Below are positions 1-8,941 of a stretch of 17,728 bases of DNA, in pieces. The number at the start of each line of letters is the position of its first letter. Within the stretch, counting starts at the first letter, position 1. Made by a program: the position numbers and the translations under genes. Source of the stretch: Caldisericaceae bacterium. GTDB taxonomy: Bacteria > Caldisericota > Caldisericia > Caldisericales > Caldisericaceae. Below the pieces are notes generated by a model, which saw only the letters and a list, made by a program, of their open reading frames with translations, ran no database searches and was not told the origin of the DNA. The stretch spans positions 1 through 17,728 of the forward strand of contig JBMFRX010000021.1 in NCBI GenBank assembly GCA_049967855.1. The letters are read 5' to 3'.

Positions 1-732
1 ATCCACTAAAAACAGAGGTTCTGGTGGAAGAACCTGGCGAGTATACGGCAAGTCTGAAAAAGAAAACGGATTTTTCATTTTTTCTTCAGGAATATGCCCT
101 TGAGCACCCTTTAGGACATAATAAACCATTCGTCTCACCATATGATAGAGAAATCTGTCTCCGTAGAAGTACAAAATTGTGAGAGGTGGCTTCTGAATGA
201 TTCCTGCATCAAAAATCTCGCAAATGTTATTCCTGTTCTTTAGAGTTCTATCTATATTTGCAAATAAAGTAAAATCGTGTCTACCTTTGAGCCCTTGAAG
301 CGCAACTTTCATAAGTTCTAGGTCGAGAGACTCACTGTAAACATACACATAAGGCCTCAGGAAAAGGGACTTTTCTTTGTCATCGGAAATAGAATATGCA
401 TAAAGCTTGCCTTTTGAACTCTTCCGTGAATGAAAGGCAATGTCTACCTCTTTGATTTCCTTCAAAGTTATCCCAGTTTTAAAGAGTATTGCATTAAGTT
501 TTCTGAAAATATGCCTGGTGTCCAACTCTCCATCGAAATAGAAGTTCACATACTGGTTGAGAGCATTGACTCCTCTGTCAGTTCTAGCAGACCCAAATAT
601 GCGAACTGTCTTCCTCAAGACAAGCTCAAGTGCTTCCTCAAGCGTTCCTTGCACAGTTTGAATCCCGACCTGTTTCTGAAACCCATAAAAATTGCTTCCA
701 ATATACTGAATTTTCAAGAGATAGTTTTTCAT
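1..732 (-). CDS. truA: tRNA pseudouridine(38-40) synthase TruA, 3' end truncated by window edge
   Basis: Manual translation of the minus strand (not in ORF track because no stop falls in the window): MKNYLLKIQYIGSNFYGFQKQ..TVQGTLEEAL..GSARTDRGVNA..GRHDFTLF..GDRFLYHMVRRMV..LPPEPLFLVD. Catalytic RTD Asp at 577-579. Usual position after ecfT. Alternative ATG at 744. Confidence 0.93.
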   Translation of the reverse strand, partial: MKNYLLKIQYIGSNFYGFQKQVGIQTVQGTLEEALELVLRKTVRIFGSARTDRGVNALNQYVNFYFDGELDTRHIFRKLNAILFKTGITLKEIKEVDIAFHSRKSSKGKLYAYSISDDKEKSLFLRPYVYVYSESLDLELMKVALQGLKGRHDFTLFANIDRTLKNRNNICEIFDAGIIQKPPLTILYFYGDRFLYHMVRRMVYYVLKGAQGHIPEEKMKNPFSFSDLPYTRQVLPPEPLFLVD

Positions 733-755
733 AGAAGTCACCATTTAACCTGATA

Positions 756-1562
756 TCAAAAATGAATAAAGTTAAAATTCAATAGGGCAACAAAACTTAT
801 CAAGATTGTTGCAAGAACAAACAAATAATCATTCCTAGTGAATTTGACTTCACGATAAGAAGTTCTCTTTGCACCAACCACAAAACCTCGCGCCTCCATA
901 GCATTAGCAAGTTGGTCTGCCCTATTGAAAGCACTTAGAAGCAAGGGCAGCAAGAGAGGCAGGAAATTTTTTGCTCTGGAAATGAACCCACCTTTGTTGA
1001 ATTCAGCTCCTCTGGAAATTTGTGCTTTCATAATCCTGTCTGTTTCATCAAAAAGAATCGGAACAAATTGCAGAGAAATTGAAATCATAAGAGCGATATC
1101 ATCGGACGGAAAACGAAGAACCTTAAGAGGCGATATTATCTTCTGAAGACCTTCTGCAAGCTGGACAGTTGAAGTAGTAGAGGTAAGTATAAATGTGAAA
1201 ACGGTCAGCAGTATTAGTCTCAATGTAATATAGATAGCAAGATTTATTCCCTGCTGAGTAATCTTCACAAAGTATAGTTGATAAATGACAGTCCCAGGAG
1301 TGAAGAAAATCTGGAAAACAAGAGTAAAGACTGTCAAAAATAGTATTGGCCTGAGCGAATACATCACTGAACTAAATTTGATTCTTGAAACACAGATAAG
1401 CAAAAAAGCGTACGCAAGAATAACCAGGTATCCATAGAAACCCTGTATCAAAAAGAGCAATATAACAACCCACAACGTGAACAGTATTTTGAGGCGAGGG
1501 TCAAGTTTGTGTATTATTGAGTCGGAATATTGATATTGTCCAAGAGCACTATTCTTTGGCAC
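756..1562 (-). CDS. ecfT: Energy-coupling factor transporter transmembrane component T
   Basis: Hydrophobic 268 aa protein with IHKLDPRLK N-terminus and the two X-R-G coupling motifs (AQISRG, AMEARG). Follows two ABC ATPases. GTG start overlaps ecfA2 by 14 bp. Confidence 0.95.
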   Translation of the reverse strand: MPKNSALGQYQYSDSIIHKLDPRLKILFTLWVVILLFLIQGFYGYLVILAYAFLLICVSRIKFSSVMYSLRPILFLTVFTLVFQIFFTPGTVIYQLYFVKITQQGINLAIYITLRLILLTVFTFILTSTTSTVQLAEGLQKIISPLKVLRFPSDDIALMISISLQFVPILFDETDRIMKAQISRGAEFNKGGFISRAKNFLPLLLPLLLSAFNRADQLANAMEARGFVVGAKRTSYREVKFTRNDYLFVLATILISFVALLNFNFIHF

Positions 1563-2394
1563 GGTATCTCTCCATTAATGCTTGCACAATTTCACTCTCG
1601 CTCCGTACAAAGGGCAAATCTATGTTATAATGCGCAGCGATTTTTCTGAAGTTGACTGCAAAGGGCACGTTAAGCCCAGTGCTTAAAACAAGTTCTTCAT
1701 CAGAAAAGAAATCTCTGGTCTTACCATTAAAGATAACCCTGCCACCTTGAAGTGCAATGATTCTCTCAGAAACCAAAAGTGCTTCATCCATATTATGAGT
1801 AACAAAAATAACAGTCGTTCCTTCTTTAACTTCTTTGGCAATATGGGAGAGTATGCTCTTTGTTCCAATGTAATCCATTCCAGCAGTTGGCTCATCAAGA
1901 ACAAGCACCTTGGGTTTCATAGATATAATGCTAGCAATTGCAACTCTGCGCTTTTCCCCACCACTCAACTCAAATGGAGACCTCTTTGCAATTCTCTTGC
2001 TAAAACCCATAATGGCAAGAGCCCTGTAAACACTTTCCTCAACCTCTGCTTCGCTGAATCCAAGATTTCTCGGACCAAAAGCTACTTCTTCATAAACGTT
2101 CTCTGCAAAAAATTGTTCTTCAGGATACTGAAAGACAACGCCTACATTTCTTATGACTTCCTTATGCGGAAAGCCACTCGAATTTATGTCTCCGCCGTTA
2201 AGCAAAACAAGACCTTTATCCGGTTTAATCAGCCCGTTCATTAGCTGAACAAGCGTTGACTTTCCAGAGCCAATCTGTCCTACAACTGCAACGGACTCAC
2301 CCTTATCAATGGAAAGGTTAACATCGATCAGTGCTTCTTTCTTGAATTTTGTGAACGGGTCGTATGTGAGGAAAACATTTCGAAATTCAATCAT
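1549..2394 (-). CDS. ecfA2: ECF transporter ATPase A2 (EcfA')
   Basis: Walker A GQIGSGKST, Q-loop VFQYPEEQFF, signature PFELSGGEKRRVAIA, Walker B LVLDEPTAG, H-loop VTH. Confidence 0.93.
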   Translation of the reverse strand: MIEFRNVFLTYDPFTKFKKEALIDVNLSIDKGESVAVVGQIGSGKSTLVQLMNGLIKPDKGLVLLNGGDINSSGFPHKEVIRNVGVVFQYPEEQFFAENVYEEVAFGPRNLGFSEAEVEESVYRALAIMGFSKRIAKRSPFELSGGEKRRVAIASIISMKPKVLVLDEPTAGMDYIGTKSILSHIAKEVKEGTTVIFVTHNMDEALLVSERIIALQGGRVIFNGKTRDFFSDEELVLSTGLNVPFAVNFRKIAAHYNIDLPFVRSESEIVQALMERYRAKE

Positions 2395-3194
2395 ATTTCC
2401 TTTAATATATCTTCTAATTTGAAATGAATATTCTTTATGATTTGAGCTTCCTTAAGCTTGTATGATAACGATGGCTCGCTTGGTGTAGCAACGCCAACCT
2501 TTTCAAGTAGAGGCACATTTTTGAATACATCCATCGGCTCACCGCTAATCAAAACTCTGCCGTTGTACAACACTAAGACTTTATCAGAAGTTAAAGTTTC
2601 TTCAGGCTTATGCGTTATGTAAATCAAGGCTATGTTCCTCTCGTTTGCAATAAGTTTCACCAAATTAATAATATCTGCTCTGCTTTGAGGGTCAAGGAGC
2701 GAAGTTATCTCATCGAGCACAAGATACTTTGGGTAAAGTACAAGGGCTGAAGCAATAGCAACCTTCTGCTTTTCACCACCAGATAACAGTGATGGCGCAA
2801 AACTAAGGTAATTGGTGATTTTCAATGCAGAGGATATTTCTTCTATCCTACGATGAGCTTCAACTCTATCAATGTTGTAGTTCTCAAGTCCAAACGCCAT
2901 ATCTTCTTCGACGGTCATCCCTATAAACTGGTTATCTGGATTCTGAAAAACAATCCCTACTTTTTCCCTTGCCTCGCTTCTCTCCGAAACATTATTAAAA
3001 CTCTTTCCGCAAACAGCAACTTCGCCTTTCTGAGAAACTAAAAGCCCGCTTGATAAACGGGCTATAGTTGACTTACCAGAACCATTGCATCCAATTATAG
3101 AAACAAATTCGCCTTCTCTCACCTCAAAGCTTACATCATTCAAGACCCATTTGTTTTCTTCGTATGCAAAATGCACATTCTTGAAAGCTAACAT
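2391..3194 (-). CDS. ecfA1: ECF transporter ATPase A1 (EcfA)
   Basis: Walker A GCNGSGKST, VFQNPDNQF, AFGLEN, LSGGEKQKVAIA, LVLDE, ITH. Directly downstream of rplQ. Confidence 0.93.
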   Translation of the reverse strand: MLAFKNVHFAYEENKWVLNDVSFEVREGEFVSIIGCNGSGKSTIARLSSGLLVSQKGEVAVCGKSFNNVSERSEAREKVGIVFQNPDNQFIGMTVEEDMAFGLENYNIDRVEAHRRIEEISSALKITNYLSFAPSLLSGGEKQKVAIASALVLYPKYLVLDEITSLLDPQSRADIINLVKLIANERNIALIYITHKPEETLTSDKVLVLYNGRVLISGEPMDVFKNVPLLEKVGVATPSEPSLSYKLKEAQIIKNIHFKLEDILKEI

Positions 3195-3200
3195 ACATGG

Positions 3201-3557
3201 CTATTCTTTTACAAATTCTATGAGTACAAGTTGAGCTCCGTCTCCTCTTCTTGCATCAGTTTTGAGAATTCTAGTATAACCACCTGGCCTATTAGCAAAA
3301 TCATTCTTTGCAATCTCAAAAAGCCTGCGCACAGCCTCTTTTTTGAAAAGGTAGCTGTAAGCCTTCTTGCGTGAAGAAAGATCATCAACTTTTGCAGTTG
3401 TAATAAGCTTCTCTACAACCTTTCGTAACTCTTTTGCTTTCGCTTCGGTAGTTTCTATTCTACCATTGAGAATCAAAGAAGTACTGAGGTTCCTAAGCAT
3501 GCTCCTTCTATAGCCGCTAGTAATTCCAAGTCTTCTCTGTGAAATTCCGTGATTCAT
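3201..3557 (-). CDS. rplQ: 50S ribosomal protein L17
   Basis: RIETTEAKAKELR, EKLIT, RPGGYTRILK, RRGDGA motifs. Follows rpoA. Confidence 0.97.
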   Translation of the reverse strand: MNHGISQRRLGITSGYRRSMLRNLSTSLILNGRIETTEAKAKELRKVVEKLITTAKVDDLSSRKKAYSYLFKKEAVRRLFEIAKNDFANRPGGYTRILKTDARRGDGAQLVLIEFVKE

Positions 3558-3566
3558 ACAAACCTC

Positions 3567-4481
3567 CTACTCTTGTAACGACAAGTTTAATTTACCGAGA
3601 GCGTCCAAAACTTTCTTTAGCGATGTGCTCCCAAATTTATCAAGGTTCAACAATTGATGCTGAGAATATTTTAGAAGATCTTCAACAGTATTAATATTGT
3701 TCTTAGTAAGTACATTTAATGCTCTTTCTGGTATGTCGAGAGTGCTGATTTTTGTGGACTTAACTTCATCTGAAACTGCATCGACATGCCTGCCAGAAAG
3801 AAGATTATCAAATGTTTGGGAATAGTTAATGAGTATCTCTACAGCTTCTTTTAGACATTGCGAAGGAGTTTTGTTTCCCTTCGTCAGTATACCAACTATC
3901 AAACCATCATAGTCTACTGATTCTTCAAATCGCATCTTTTCCACATGGAAATTAACCTTAACGACTGGCGAAAAATTGGCATCGACGGGAATTACAGTTT
4001 GGGGGAAATTTTGCTCTTTCTCTATTTCGCTTTCAAGCTTGTAACCCTTTCCTCTTCGAATGTAAATTTCGCCGCTAAGAGCACCCTTTGAAGAAGAAAT
4101 CGTTGCGATACGAAGCTCTGGATTAATTATGTTAACCTCGCTTGAATGCTTCAAGTCTCCCGCAGTGAGTTCTTGCTCTCCGCTTACATCAAATGATAAT
4201 TTAGTGCTGTCTATTGCTTCGAGGTTTACTACCAGTTTCTTGACGTTGAGTATTATCTGTTCAACATCTTCTTTTACACCAGTAACAGTCGAAAATTCGT
4301 GCATTACTCCATCAATATAAAGAGCAATAGGCGCAACACCCTCAATCGAACTTAGAAGAATCCTTCTTAGAGCCGTGCCTAAAGTAAGACCAAAACCACT
4401 TTCCAGGGGTCCGAGCTGGAACTCCCCATAGTTGCCTTCTTCTTTAAGTACATTAAACTGAATAGATTCAAGGCTCCACAT
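3567..4481 (-). CDS. rpoA: DNA-directed RNA polymerase subunit alpha
   Basis: GFGLTLGTALRRILLSSIEG, GVMHEFSTVTGVKEDV, RGKGY, IPVDANFSPV, C-terminal HhH domain. Lies between rpsD and rplQ. Confidence 0.97.
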   Translation of the reverse strand: MWSLESIQFNVLKEEGNYGEFQLGPLESGFGLTLGTALRRILLSSIEGVAPIALYIDGVMHEFSTVTGVKEDVEQIILNVKKLVVNLEAIDSTKLSFDVSGEQELTAGDLKHSSEVNIINPELRIATISSSKGALSGEIYIRRGKGYKLESEIEKEQNFPQTVIPVDANFSPVVKVNFHVEKMRFEESVDYDGLIVGILTKGNKTPSQCLKEAVEILINYSQTFDNLLSGRHVDAVSDEVKSTKISTLDIPERALNVLTKNNINTVEDLLKYSQHQLLNLDKFGSTSLKKVLDALGKLNLSLQE

Positions 4482-4493
4482 AATTGGCCTCCA

Positions 4494-5123
4494 TTACTTA
4501 GAGTAAAGTTCAACGATGAGCGTTGGGTTAATATCAAGAGAAAGTTCTGGAACATTGGGCACTGAAGTAACCTCTCCCCTGAACGACTCCTTATTTAAAG
4601 ATAACCACTGAGGGAAAATGCTTCTTTCAGACAGGGAGGCTTGGAGCAGAGGAATTTTCCTGCTTGTTTCCTTAACCTCAACGACATCTCCCTTTCTTAC
4701 AATGAACGAAGGAACATCGACCTTCTTACCATTGACAAGAATATGCCCGTGAGAAACCAGTTGCCTGGCAGATCTCCTATTTGGAGCAAATCCGAGCCTG
4801 TAAACAACGTTATCAAGTCTTCGCTCAAGCAGTTCAAGAAGCTTATCACCAGTCGGAATTTCTTTCTGTCTGATAGCCATATCAAAATATCTTCTAAATT
4901 GACGTTCAAGAACTCCATACATTCTCTTTACTTTTTGCTTTTCCATTAAGTGTACTTTATAATCAGTAGGTTTGTTAAAATGCAGTGATACCTGCTTTTG
5001 TCCAGGAATACCTCTGTTTCTTTCCATAGGGCACTTCTTGGTATAGCATTTATCACCCTTGAGAAATAGTTTTTTCCCTTGCGCTCTACATAATCTGCAT
5101 AAAGGACCATTGTAAACTGCCAT
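4494..5123 (-). CDS. rpsD: 30S ribosomal protein S4 (Cys-containing N-terminus)
   Basis: CRLCR..KLFLKGDKC..KC, EKQKVKRMYG, LERRLDNVVYRLGFA, ARQLVSHGH, LIVELYSK. Confidence 0.98.
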   Translation of the reverse strand: MAVYNGPLCRLCRAQGKKLFLKGDKCYTKKCPMERNRGIPGQKQVSLHFNKPTDYKVHLMEKQKVKRMYGVLERQFRRYFDMAIRQKEIPTGDKLLELLERRLDNVVYRLGFAPNRRSARQLVSHGHILVNGKKVDVPSFIVRKGDVVEVKETSRKIPLLQASLSERSIFPQWLSLNKESFRGEVTSVPNVPELSLDINPTLIVELYSK

Positions 5124-5135
5124 TAAGAACCTCCT

Positions 5136-5525
5136 CTAAACCCTTCTAAGTTTTCTTGGCCTACATCCATTGTGAGGAATAGGCGTAATATCTCTAATAT
5201 CATCAATGTCCAAACCCGCTGTCTGCAGTGCCCTTATAGCAACCTCTCTACCAGGGCCACCACCACTAACTAGCACAGAAACTCTCTTTGCACCAAAGCC
5301 AACCGTTGCTTCAGCAACCTTTTGTGCAGCGATTTGTGCAGCAAATGGAGTCCCCTTCTTCGAGCCCTTAAAACCGTTTGAGCCAGAAGAAGACCAGGTT
5401 AACACATTACCACTCTCATCAGTAGCAGTTACAATAGTATTATTAAATGTTGAATTTATATACACTTTTGCCTGCCCAGTTATCTTTTGTACTTTTTTCT
5501 TTGATGTACCTTTATTTTTTTTCAT
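5136..5525 (-). CDS. rpsK: 30S ribosomal protein S11
   Basis: [43 protein letters not shown]. Confidence 0.98.
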   Translation of the reverse strand: MKKNKGTSKKKVQKITGQAKVYINSTFNNTIVTATDESGNVLTWSSSGSNGFKGSKKGTPFAAQIAAQKVAEATVGFGAKRVSVLVSGGGPGREVAIRALQTAGLDIDDIRDITPIPHNGCRPRKLRRV

Positions 5526-5547
5526 CTTACCTCCTTAGCATATAGCA

Positions 5548-5919
5548 TTACTCACTCTTTCTAACGGAGCCAACAGTTCTCTTAGGGCCCTTTCGAGTTC
5601 GCGAGTTGGTACGAGTCCTTTGCCCTCTTACAGGCAAACTTCTCTTATGCCTTATGCCTCTATAGCTATTAATTTCAATGAGCTTTTTTATGTTGGTAGC
5701 GACAATCTTCCTGAGATCGCCTTCCACAACATACTTGCTTCTAATTACGTCTTCGATTGCCTTAATTTCCTCGGGAGTAAGCTCCTTAACCTTTTTTAAA
5801 GGAACATTAGCATCCCTCAGTACATCAAGAGAATTATGTTTTCCTAATCCATAGATGTAACCAAGTGCAATGTCAACTCTTTTGTCTTTTGGTAAATCAA
5901 TACCTGCTATACGAGCCAA
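5548..5919 (-). CDS. rpsM: 30S ribosomal protein S13
   Basis: [41 protein letters not shown] start. Confidence 0.98.
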   Translation of the reverse strand: MARIAGIDLPKDKRVDIALGYIYGLGKHNSLDVLRDANVPLKKVKELTPEEIKAIEDVIRSKYVVEGDLRKIVATNIKKLIEINSYRGIRHKRSLPVRGQRTRTNSRTRKGPKRTVGSVRKSE

Positions 5920-5922
5920 AGT

Positions 5923-5931
5923 TCACCTCCT
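5923..5931 (-). promoter_or_regulatory. Extended Shine-Dalgarno (AGGAGGTGA) of rpsM, overlapping the rpmJ stop codon
   Basis: Minus strand reads TAGGAGGTGAACTTTG, a 9-nt match to the canonical anti-SD just ahead of the TTG start. Confidence 0.85.
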
Positions 5932-6043
5932 ATTTTTGTCTCTGTTTATGCTTTGGATTCTCGCATATAACAGAAATTCTTCCGTTTCTTCTTACAATCT
6001 TGCATTTTGGGCAAATCTTCTTAACAGATGATCTTACTTTCAT
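5930..6043 (-). CDS. rpmJ: 50S ribosomal protein L36 (Zn-ribbon, C+ type)
   Basis: Manual translation [37 protein letters not shown] (37 aa, below the ORF-track cutoff). AGGAG RBS upstream. Lies between infA and rpsM. Confidence 0.97.
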   Translation of the reverse strand: MKVRSSVKKICPKCKIVRRNGRISVICENPKHKQRQK

Positions 6044-6058
6044 ATCTACATCTCCTTT

Positions 6059-6274
6059 TTATAACCTGTACACTATCCTGGCTTTGCTTAGGTCATACGG
6101 ACTGAATTCAAGTCTGACCCTGTCGCCAGGAAGTATTTTAATATAATTTAAACGCATTTTACCACTGATATGTGCAAGCACAATTTTACCATTAGCTAGT
6201 TTTACCTTAAATAATGTACCAGGCAGTGTTTCAACAACAACACCTTCAGCTTCAATAACTTGACCTTTACTCAT
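6059..6274 (-). CDS. infA: Translation initiation factor IF-1
   Basis: [43 protein letters not shown]. Confidence 0.98.
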   Translation of the reverse strand: MSKGQVIEAEGVVVETLPGTLFKVKLANGKIVLAHISGKMRLNYIKILPGDRVRLEFSPYDLSKARIVYRL

Positions 6275-6288
6275 AGCTATTCACCGTA

Positions 6289-7035
6289 TCAGGCAGTCAA
6301 CAAAACAGCGCCGCCATCAGTTATGGCTATCGTGTGTTCAAAATGAGCTGCATTAGAATGGTCTTTAGTTTTAACAGTCCAACCGTTATCCTCAACAAAA
6401 ACATCTGCTGAACCAGCGCAAACCATAGGTTCAATTGCTATGCAAAGCCCAACAGATATTTTAGCTCCTAAGCCCTTCCTTCCATAGTTTGGCACAGAAG
6501 GGTCCTCGTGCAAGTGCCTTCCAATTCCGTGCCCAGTATACTCTTTAACTAAAGAAAATCCAAAACCAGTAACAAACTTTTCTATGGCATTGCCTATGTC
6601 ACCAATCCTGTTACCGACAAGAGCATTTTCTATTCCAACATAGAGAGCTTTCTCGGTTACTTCAACAAGTTTGGCATCCTCATCGCTCTTTGGGCTTCCT
6701 GCAATTACTGTAATAGCAGAATCAGAAAACCATCCATCCAACAAAACACCAGAGTCCACAGAGACTATATCGCCATCCTGGATGACTCTATCACCAGGGA
6801 TTCCGTGGATAATCTCATCGTTCACCGAGATGCAAGCAGCATTAGGAAAACCACTGTAACCCTTAAAACCTGGTATCCCACCATTCGCTTTGATAACATC
6901 CTCGCAGATTCTATCAAGCTCTAACGTTGTAATACCTGGCCTTATACTATTGCGCACTTCATCAAGAGCTGATTTCAGAATCTTTCCTGATTTTCTCATT
7001 TTGTCAATTTCTGCAGGTGTCTTAATTTCTATCAT
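6289..7035 (-). CDS. map: Methionine aminopeptidase type I
   Basis: CISVNDEIIHGIP and metal ligands in VDSG, SDSA, GHGIG, IEPM, HFEHT. Confidence 0.97.
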   Translation of the reverse strand: MIEIKTPAEIDKMRKSGKILKSALDEVRNSIRPGITTLELDRICEDVIKANGGIPGFKGYSGFPNAACISVNDEIIHGIPGDRVIQDGDIVSVDSGVLLDGWFSDSAITVIAGSPKSDEDAKLVEVTEKALYVGIENALVGNRIGDIGNAIEKFVTGFGFSLVKEYTGHGIGRHLHEDPSVPNYGRKGLGAKISVGLCIAIEPMVCAGSADVFVEDNGWTVKTKDHSNAAHFEHTIAITDGGAVLLTA

Positions 7036-7678
7036 TTAAGATCTCCATAATTCTGCTGTTTACTTCGTCAACGGTGCCTAAACCGTCCACTTCGTAAAGG
7101 AGTTTCTTATCAGAATAGTAGGTAAACAGAGGAAGCGTTTCATCTCTGTAAACTTTAATTCTCTTCTCGACGGATTCCTCACTATCATCGTCTCGTTGGT
7201 AAATTTTCCCTCCACAAATATCGCAAATCCCTTCAACTTTAGGCGGATAGTAGTACACATTGTAAACAGCCCCGCAATTCTCACAGGTTCTTCTTCCACT
7301 AAGTCTCTTAACAATCTCGCTCTCATCCACGACAAGGCTCACAACAATGTCTACTGAGGCTGCATTTTTGAGCAGATAAGCATCCAGAAATTCGGCTTGT
7401 GGCACGGTGCGAGGAAAACCATTCAGTACAAACCCATTTTGCAAGCTATACCGAGAGAGAAGTTTTTCTAGAAATTCAAACATAAATTCATCTGGCACTA
7501 GATTTCCGCCATTGATAAGACTCTGGAAACGTTTTCCAATATCAGTACCATTTGCAATCTCCTCCCTAAGAGCAGAACCAGAAGCAATGTGTGGTATTCC
7601 GAGTTTTGTACTAATCAAACTTCCCTGAGTATCTTTCCCTGAACCTGGGGGCCCGAACAGAACAAGACGTTTTGTCAT
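7022..7678 (-). CDS. adk: Adenylate kinase (long, Cys4 Zn-LID type) with atypical active-site motifs
   Basis: GPPGSGKDTQ P-loop, GNLVPDE, GFPRT.PQA, RLSGRR.CENC..CDIC, QRDDD..KR. Canonical secY-adk-map position. Confidence 0.93.
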   Translation of the reverse strand: MTKRLVLFGPPGSGKDTQGSLISTKLGIPHIASGSALREEIANGTDIGKRFQSLINGGNLVPDEFMFEFLEKLLSRYSLQNGFVLNGFPRTVPQAEFLDAYLLKNAASVDIVVSLVVDESEIVKRLSGRRTCENCGAVYNVYYYPPKVEGICDICGGKIYQRDDDSEESVEKRIKVYRDETLPLFTYYSDKKLLYEVDGLGTVDEVNSRIMEILNDRN

Positions 7679-8940
7679 TTTAGGAATCCTTGATACTGTC
7701 TCATAAGCAGATAAGCCTCAACTTCCTGCATTGTTTCAAGAGCTACGCCAATAATAATCAATATTGAAGTTCCTCCAAAAACAAATGAGGTTACCGCCAT
7801 TCTCTTAAAAATAAGGTTAGGCAGAACGGCAACTAAACCAAGAAAAATCGATGTAGGAAGAACAATCTTCTTGATGATAGAAGATATATACTGAGAAGTA
7901 GAATCTCCAGGCCTTATTCCGGGTATAAATCCACCGTATTTCTTGAGGTCATCGCTTAATTTTACAGGATCGTAAGTAATCTCCGTATAGAAATATGTAA
8001 AACCGACAATCAATGCGAAATAAATTATGTTGTACCAAATTCCCGTCGTCGTTCCAAAAATCGGGGAAGCAATATGCTTGGTAAACCAAGAGCTAGGCCA
8101 GAATTGTCCTATAGTATAGGGGAAAGCCATAAAAGAGACTGCAAAAATGATTGGCAGGACACCTGCTTGAACCAACTTAAGAGGAATATACGTTGATTGA
8201 CCCCCATATACTTTTCTCCCAACGATTCTCTTAGCGTACTGGACTGGAATCCTTCTCTCAGACTGGTACGCGTAAAGAACGGCAACAATCATCAAAAGGA
8301 CAGCTAAAGCTTCTCCCACAACTGAGGCAATATTAACAGATTTGGTGCTTATTAACTGAGAAACTTCAACAAGACTTACAGGTATTCTACTAATAATCCC
8401 TGCAAAAATGATTAGCGAAACTCCGTTGCCAATTCCTTTATCAGTCATTATCTCACCAAGCCACAGGACAATATAGGAACCCGCCACAAGGCTCGTAATT
8501 ATTACTATTTTGAGCAATAAACTGTTGTTTACAAGATAATTCTTGAACATTATCAGGACTGAGAAGGCCTGAAGAGCTCCAAGGAAAAACGTCAAATAGC
8601 GAGTGTATGTTGCAAGTTTCTTTTGCCCTTCTTCTCCTTCCTGCTGGAGTGCCTCAAGCGAAGGTATTACAGAAGTTAGAAGCTGCAAAATAATAGAGGC
8701 ATTAATATACGGAAAAACTGACAGAGCAAAAATAGAGAAGTTACTGTAACCGCCACCGGAGAATAAGTCAAGTAGAGCAAGAAAACCTCCTTTCTGAATT
8801 ATTCCCTGTATTTGAGCTCTATCAATTCCTACTACAGGAACATAAGTCCCAAGCCTGAAAAGAATGAACAACAGAAGAGTTACCCATACTCTATTTCTCA
8901 ATTCCTTGAGTTTGAAAGCTCTTTTAATCGTTTCCCACAT
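7675..8940 (-). CDS. secY: Preprotein translocase subunit SecY
   Basis: SIFALSVFPYINASIILQLL, WLGEIMTDKGIGNGVSLIIFAGI, AGVLPIIFA, GGFIPGIRPG, FGGTSILIIIGVALET. Confidence 0.98.
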   Translation of the reverse strand: MWETIKRAFKLKELRNRVWVTLLLFILFRLGTYVPVVGIDRAQIQGIIQKGGFLALLDLFSGGGYSNFSIFALSVFPYINASIILQLLTSVIPSLEALQQEGEEGQKKLATYTRYLTFFLGALQAFSVLIMFKNYLVNNSLLLKIVIITSLVAGSYIVLWLGEIMTDKGIGNGVSLIIFAGIISRIPVSLVEVSQLISTKSVNIASVVGEALAVLLMIVAVLYAYQSERRIPVQYAKRIVGRKVYGGQSTYIPLKLVQAGVLPIIFAVSFMAFPYTIGQFWPSSWFTKHIASPIFGTTTGIWYNIIYFALIVGFTYFYTEITYDPVKLSDDLKKYGGFIPGIRPGDSTSQYISSIIKKIVLPTSIFLGLVAVLPNLIFKRMAVTSFVFGGTSILIIIGVALETMQEVEAYLLMRQYQGFLK

Positions 8941-8941
8941 T

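Noticed and set aside
430..753. 107-aa plus-strand ORF that appears to converge on ecfT
   Set aside because: It is antisense to the open truA frame, which carries clear family motifs. The ORF itself has no recognisable motif.
6275..6288. Possible small KOW/L14e-like gene between map and infA, as in some Firmicutes
   Set aside because: The gap is only 14 bp. Absence of this gene is common and not remarkable.
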